Assembly (NCBI GenBank): GCA_964441745.1
Contig: CAYTYR010000007.1
Span: 62,001 to 102,305, forward strand
Reading direction: 5' to 3'
Source: an uncultured Clostridia bacterium
GTDB taxonomy: Bacteria > CAYTYR01 > UBA6262
DNA: 40,305 bases
The notes below the pieces were generated by a model. It saw nothing but the letters and a program-made list of their open reading frames with translations. It ran no database searches and was not told the origin of the DNA. Positions within the stretch are counted from its first letter, which is position 1. Each line of letters begins with the position of its first letter. Shown here in pieces: positions 37,975-40,305 of this stretch. Both the position numbers and the translations under genes were made by a program.

Positions 37975-39039
37975 ATGGATGGCAGCATGTCTAAAGTGTA
38001 TTTTATTGCTTTCAATGATATTGCTAAACTGCCGCGGTTGGTACTTAAAAGCGGCCTGAAGGAAGTGATCCTGAAGGATAATTTCACCGCTATTAAAATG
38101 CATTTTGGCGAGCAGGGTAATATTGGCTATATCAAACCTCACCTGGTCAAACCTATTGTAGAGCTGGTTAAAAAACAACAGGCAATCCCGTTCCTCACTG
38201 ATGCTTCTACAATTTACAAAGGAAAAAGGTCAGATGCCGTAAACCACAGCCTGGTAGCGGCAGAGCATGGGTTCACTATTGATAATTGTGGCGCTCCAGT
38301 GATAATTGCTGATGGCCTGCGCGGCAACAGTTTCCAGAATGTGGCGGTAAAAGGGAAACACTTTTCCAGCGTGAAGATCGCCCAGGATATCTATTATGCC
38401 GACAGCCTGGTTTGCCTGTCGCATTTTAAAGGGCATGAACTAAGCGGTTTTGGCGGAGCTTTAAAAAACCTGGGTATGGGGTGCGGGGCCAAAGCCGGAA
38501 AGTATGAAATGCATAACAGCGTGCTGCCGGATATCGATCCGCAAAAATGTACTGGTTGCAGAGTGTGTTTCAGATGGTGTCCAACCAAGGCGATCAGCCT
38601 GGTCAACGCCAAAGCGGTAATAGACCCTAAAAAATGTGTTGGCTGCGGCGATTGCATTTTATCCTGTTCCTTTCACGCGGTGCAGATAACGTGGAATGAA
38701 ACCTATACAAGTATCCAGGAAAAAATTGCCGAATATGCGGCCGGCGCTGTAGCCAATAAAAAGAATAAATGTATCTATGTTAATTTCCTTAATCATCTTA
38801 CGGCTTATTGTGACTGCTATCCGTCTCAACCTAAAGATAAACCACTGACAGCAGATATTGGTATTGTCGCTTCTCTTGATCCGGTCAGTATAGACCAGTC
38901 CAGCGCTGACCTCGTTAACCAGGCCTCCGGGCATGATCTTTTCAAAGAAGCCTGGCCTGCCATTGATTGGAGCGACCAATTACGTCATGCTGAACAATTG
39001 GGATTAGGCGAACGAGAGTATCGCCTGATAAGATTTTAA
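37975..39039 (+). CDS. DUF362-domain Fe-S protein with 2x[4Fe-4S] ferredoxin insert
   Basis: KMHFGE.GN, HFKGH...GFGGALKNLGMGC, CTGCRVC..WCP, CVGCGDC..SC, CDC; start may be 37987. Confidence 0.88.
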   Translation: MDGSMSKVYFIAFNDIAKLPRLVLKSGLKEVILKDNFTAIKMHFGEQGNIGYIKPHLVKPIVELVKKQQAIPFLTDASTIYKGKRSDAVNHSLVAAEHGFTIDNCGAPVIIADGLRGNSFQNVAVKGKHFSSVKIAQDIYYADSLVCLSHFKGHELSGFGGALKNLGMGCGAKAGKYEMHNSVLPDIDPQKCTGCRVCFRWCPTKAISLVNAKAVIDPKKCVGCGDCILSCSFHAVQITWNETYTSIQEKIAEYAAGAVANKKNKCIYVNFLNHLTAYCDCYPSQPKDKPLTADIGIVASLDPVSIDQSSADLVNQASGHDLFKEAWPAIDWSDQLRHAEQLGLGEREYRLIRF

Positions 39040-39076
39040 CCTGTAGCTTGAAATAGTTCTTGACAAAATCGGCTGT

Positions 39077-39199
39077 CAATTATTGGGCAATTATTGGGGA
39101 TCACCTATTTAAGTGCTTGCGAAATATTGGGGCCAGAGCGAAATATTGGGGTCAGGGCTAAACTATCACGGAAATATTGGGGTCAGGGCTAAACTATCA
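39077..39199 (+). repeat. Cluster of five TATTGGG(G) tandem repeats
   Basis: caattattggg x2, gaaatattggggccagagc, then gaaatattggggtcagggctaaactatca x2 (identical 29-mers at 39140 and 39171). Confidence 0.9.
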
Positions 39200-39264
39200 A
39201 CATAATAATAGCAAAGGTGATTGGTTTTAAAGACGGAGTTTCCTGATATACTTTTAAAACTAAG

Positions 39265-39294
39265 AGGCTGGTGGAATTAATTCATCAGCCTTTT
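39265..39294 (+). terminator. Possible intrinsic terminator
   Basis: aggctggtgga...ttcatcagcct followed by a short T run. Confidence 0.5.
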
Positions 39295-39482
39295 CACATT
39301 TACTTGTGCCACCTTCAAACCCGCATTGAAGGTGGCAAAATCAGGGACATTCAGCTTACTTTAACCCAACTGTCAACTTGCGAAATTCACAGTTGGTTGT
39401 GCTGAGTCAGCCCGATAGACTTAAAAGCCGCACATCGAAAATATCACCCCAGAGGAAAAATATCCAAGCGCGAACAAAGAGC

Positions 39483-39511
39483 TTGACAATACAAGCTATA
39501 TATTGTATATT
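39483..39511 (+). promoter_or_regulatory. Toxin-antitoxin promoter with overlapping palindromic operator
   Basis: TTGACA-17 bp-TATATT; ATACAA-N8-TTGTAT at 39489-39508. Confidence 0.75.
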
Positions 39512-39527
39512 ATGATCAGGAGCCCAA

Positions 39528-39869
39528 ATGAACATATACTACTACGTAGACGAAAAAGGAAACAATCCGGTTAAGGAATTCATCAAAAGCCTGCCTCTTA
39601 AAGAACGGGCGAAAGTGTTCGCCTATATCGAAGAACTAAAGCGACAGGGGCATAACCTGCATCGTCCTTTAGCCGGATACTTAGGAGATGGTATTTATGA
39701 ACTCCGACCAAGAAGCAATCGGATATTTTATTTCTTTTTTCTCAAAGATGGCGCGGTACTGCTTCATTGCCTTAGGAAGAAGACAGATAAGATACCGGCA
39801 AGAGATTTAGAGTTATGCCAAAAAAGAAAACAGCAGGTCGAAATAACCAGGAGAGTAGTTAGTCTTTAG
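39528..39869 (+). CDS. RelE/HigB-like (Gp49-type) toxin
   Basis: YYVDEKGNNPVKEFI, GIYELR, RIFYFF, LLH..RKKTDKIP; upstream of an HTH gene. Confidence 0.88.
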   Translation: MNIYYYVDEKGNNPVKEFIKSLPLKERAKVFAYIEELKRQGHNLHRPLAGYLGDGIYELRPRSNRIFYFFFLKDGAVLLHCLRKKTDKIPARDLELCQKRKQQVEITRRVVSL

Positions 39870-39881
39870 AAAGGAGTCGCC

Positions 39882-40208
39882 ATGAAAAAGATAAGATTAG
39901 AGAAATATGACGCTCATTTAGCTCAACAACTTAAAAATGCGGAATTCAGGAAAGCTTTTGAACTGGAAAGGGCCAAGGTTTCCTTAGCCCAGAGGATCGC
40001 CGAATTGAGGCAGGAGAACAACCTCAATCAAACAGACCTGGCCAAGAGGATGCATGTCACCCAGCAGTATATCTCCCAGATAGAGACAGCGCAGGAAAGC
40101 AATCTCACCATAGATACTCTGTTAGCTCTTGCCAAGTCATTAAACCGGAGCGTTAAAATTTCCTTTGTGAAAGAATCCGGACACGGCACTTGTTTGAAAG
40201 TGGCCTAA
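39882..40208 (+). CDS. XRE/HigA-like HTH antitoxin
   Basis: IAELRQ...NQTDLAKRM..TQQYISQIE....NLTIDTL; toxin-first gene order. Confidence 0.88.
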   Translation: MKKIRLEKYDAHLAQQLKNAEFRKAFELERAKVSLAQRIAELRQENNLNQTDLAKRMHVTQQYISQIETAQESNLTIDTLLALAKSLNRSVKISFVKESGHGTCLKVA

Positions 40209-40214
40209 AAAACC

Positions 40215-40243
40215 TTGAAAAGAAGGGGTGTTTTTGGTATAGT
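40215..40243 (+). promoter_or_regulatory. Putative sigma70 promoter reading out of the window
   Basis: TTGAAA-17 bp-TATAGT with TGn extended -10. Confidence 0.55.
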
Positions 40244-40305
40244 CGTTTTGGTTTTAGGGGACGGAGTAAAGAAGTAAAGTATTGACAATGCTATATTATA
40301 GAAGT

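Noticed and set aside
39121-39199. CRISPR array
   Set aside because: The 29-bp repeats are separated by 0-2 bp, with no spacers and no cas genes

Overview
Bacterial chromosomal window, probably from an anaerobe (acetate kinase, NfnAB, ferredoxin-fused Bcd/Etf). Almost every gene is on the + strand. Bases 1-28 kb are a housekeeping run: fumarase beta (partial), ndk, ackA, nfnAB, rpmF, plsX, fabHDG, acpP, fabF, rnc, acyl-CoA dehydrogenase, a membrane HD-GYP gene, etfBA, smc, a WecG/TagA glycosyltransferase, a phosphoesterase and a Ser/Thr kinase. An FMN-riboswitch-controlled ribD-ribE-ribBA-ribH-nusB-ligA unit follows. Bases 28-40 kb are accessory: an AT-rich ankyrin gene, a GDT1 transporter, a decayed iorA, an ACT protein, LysE, glutaredoxin plus ferredoxin:disulfide reductase, a GH3 hydrolase, cyclophilin, PAS-GGDEF-HD-GYP, DUF362 and a HigBA-like toxin-antitoxin pair. 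The least explained features are non-coding. (1) The ankyrin gene is nested inside 25-bp direct repeats and two inverted copies of a MITE-like element. (2) Several families of tandem-repeat hairpins sit at gene junctions. (3) Short palindromes appear in the riboswitch stems, in the MITEs and apparently in frame in ribD. (4) A stack of GGGG-motif repeats, with a related site 1 kb downstream, brackets the toxin-antitoxin module. All calls come from motif recognition by eye; no database searches were run.
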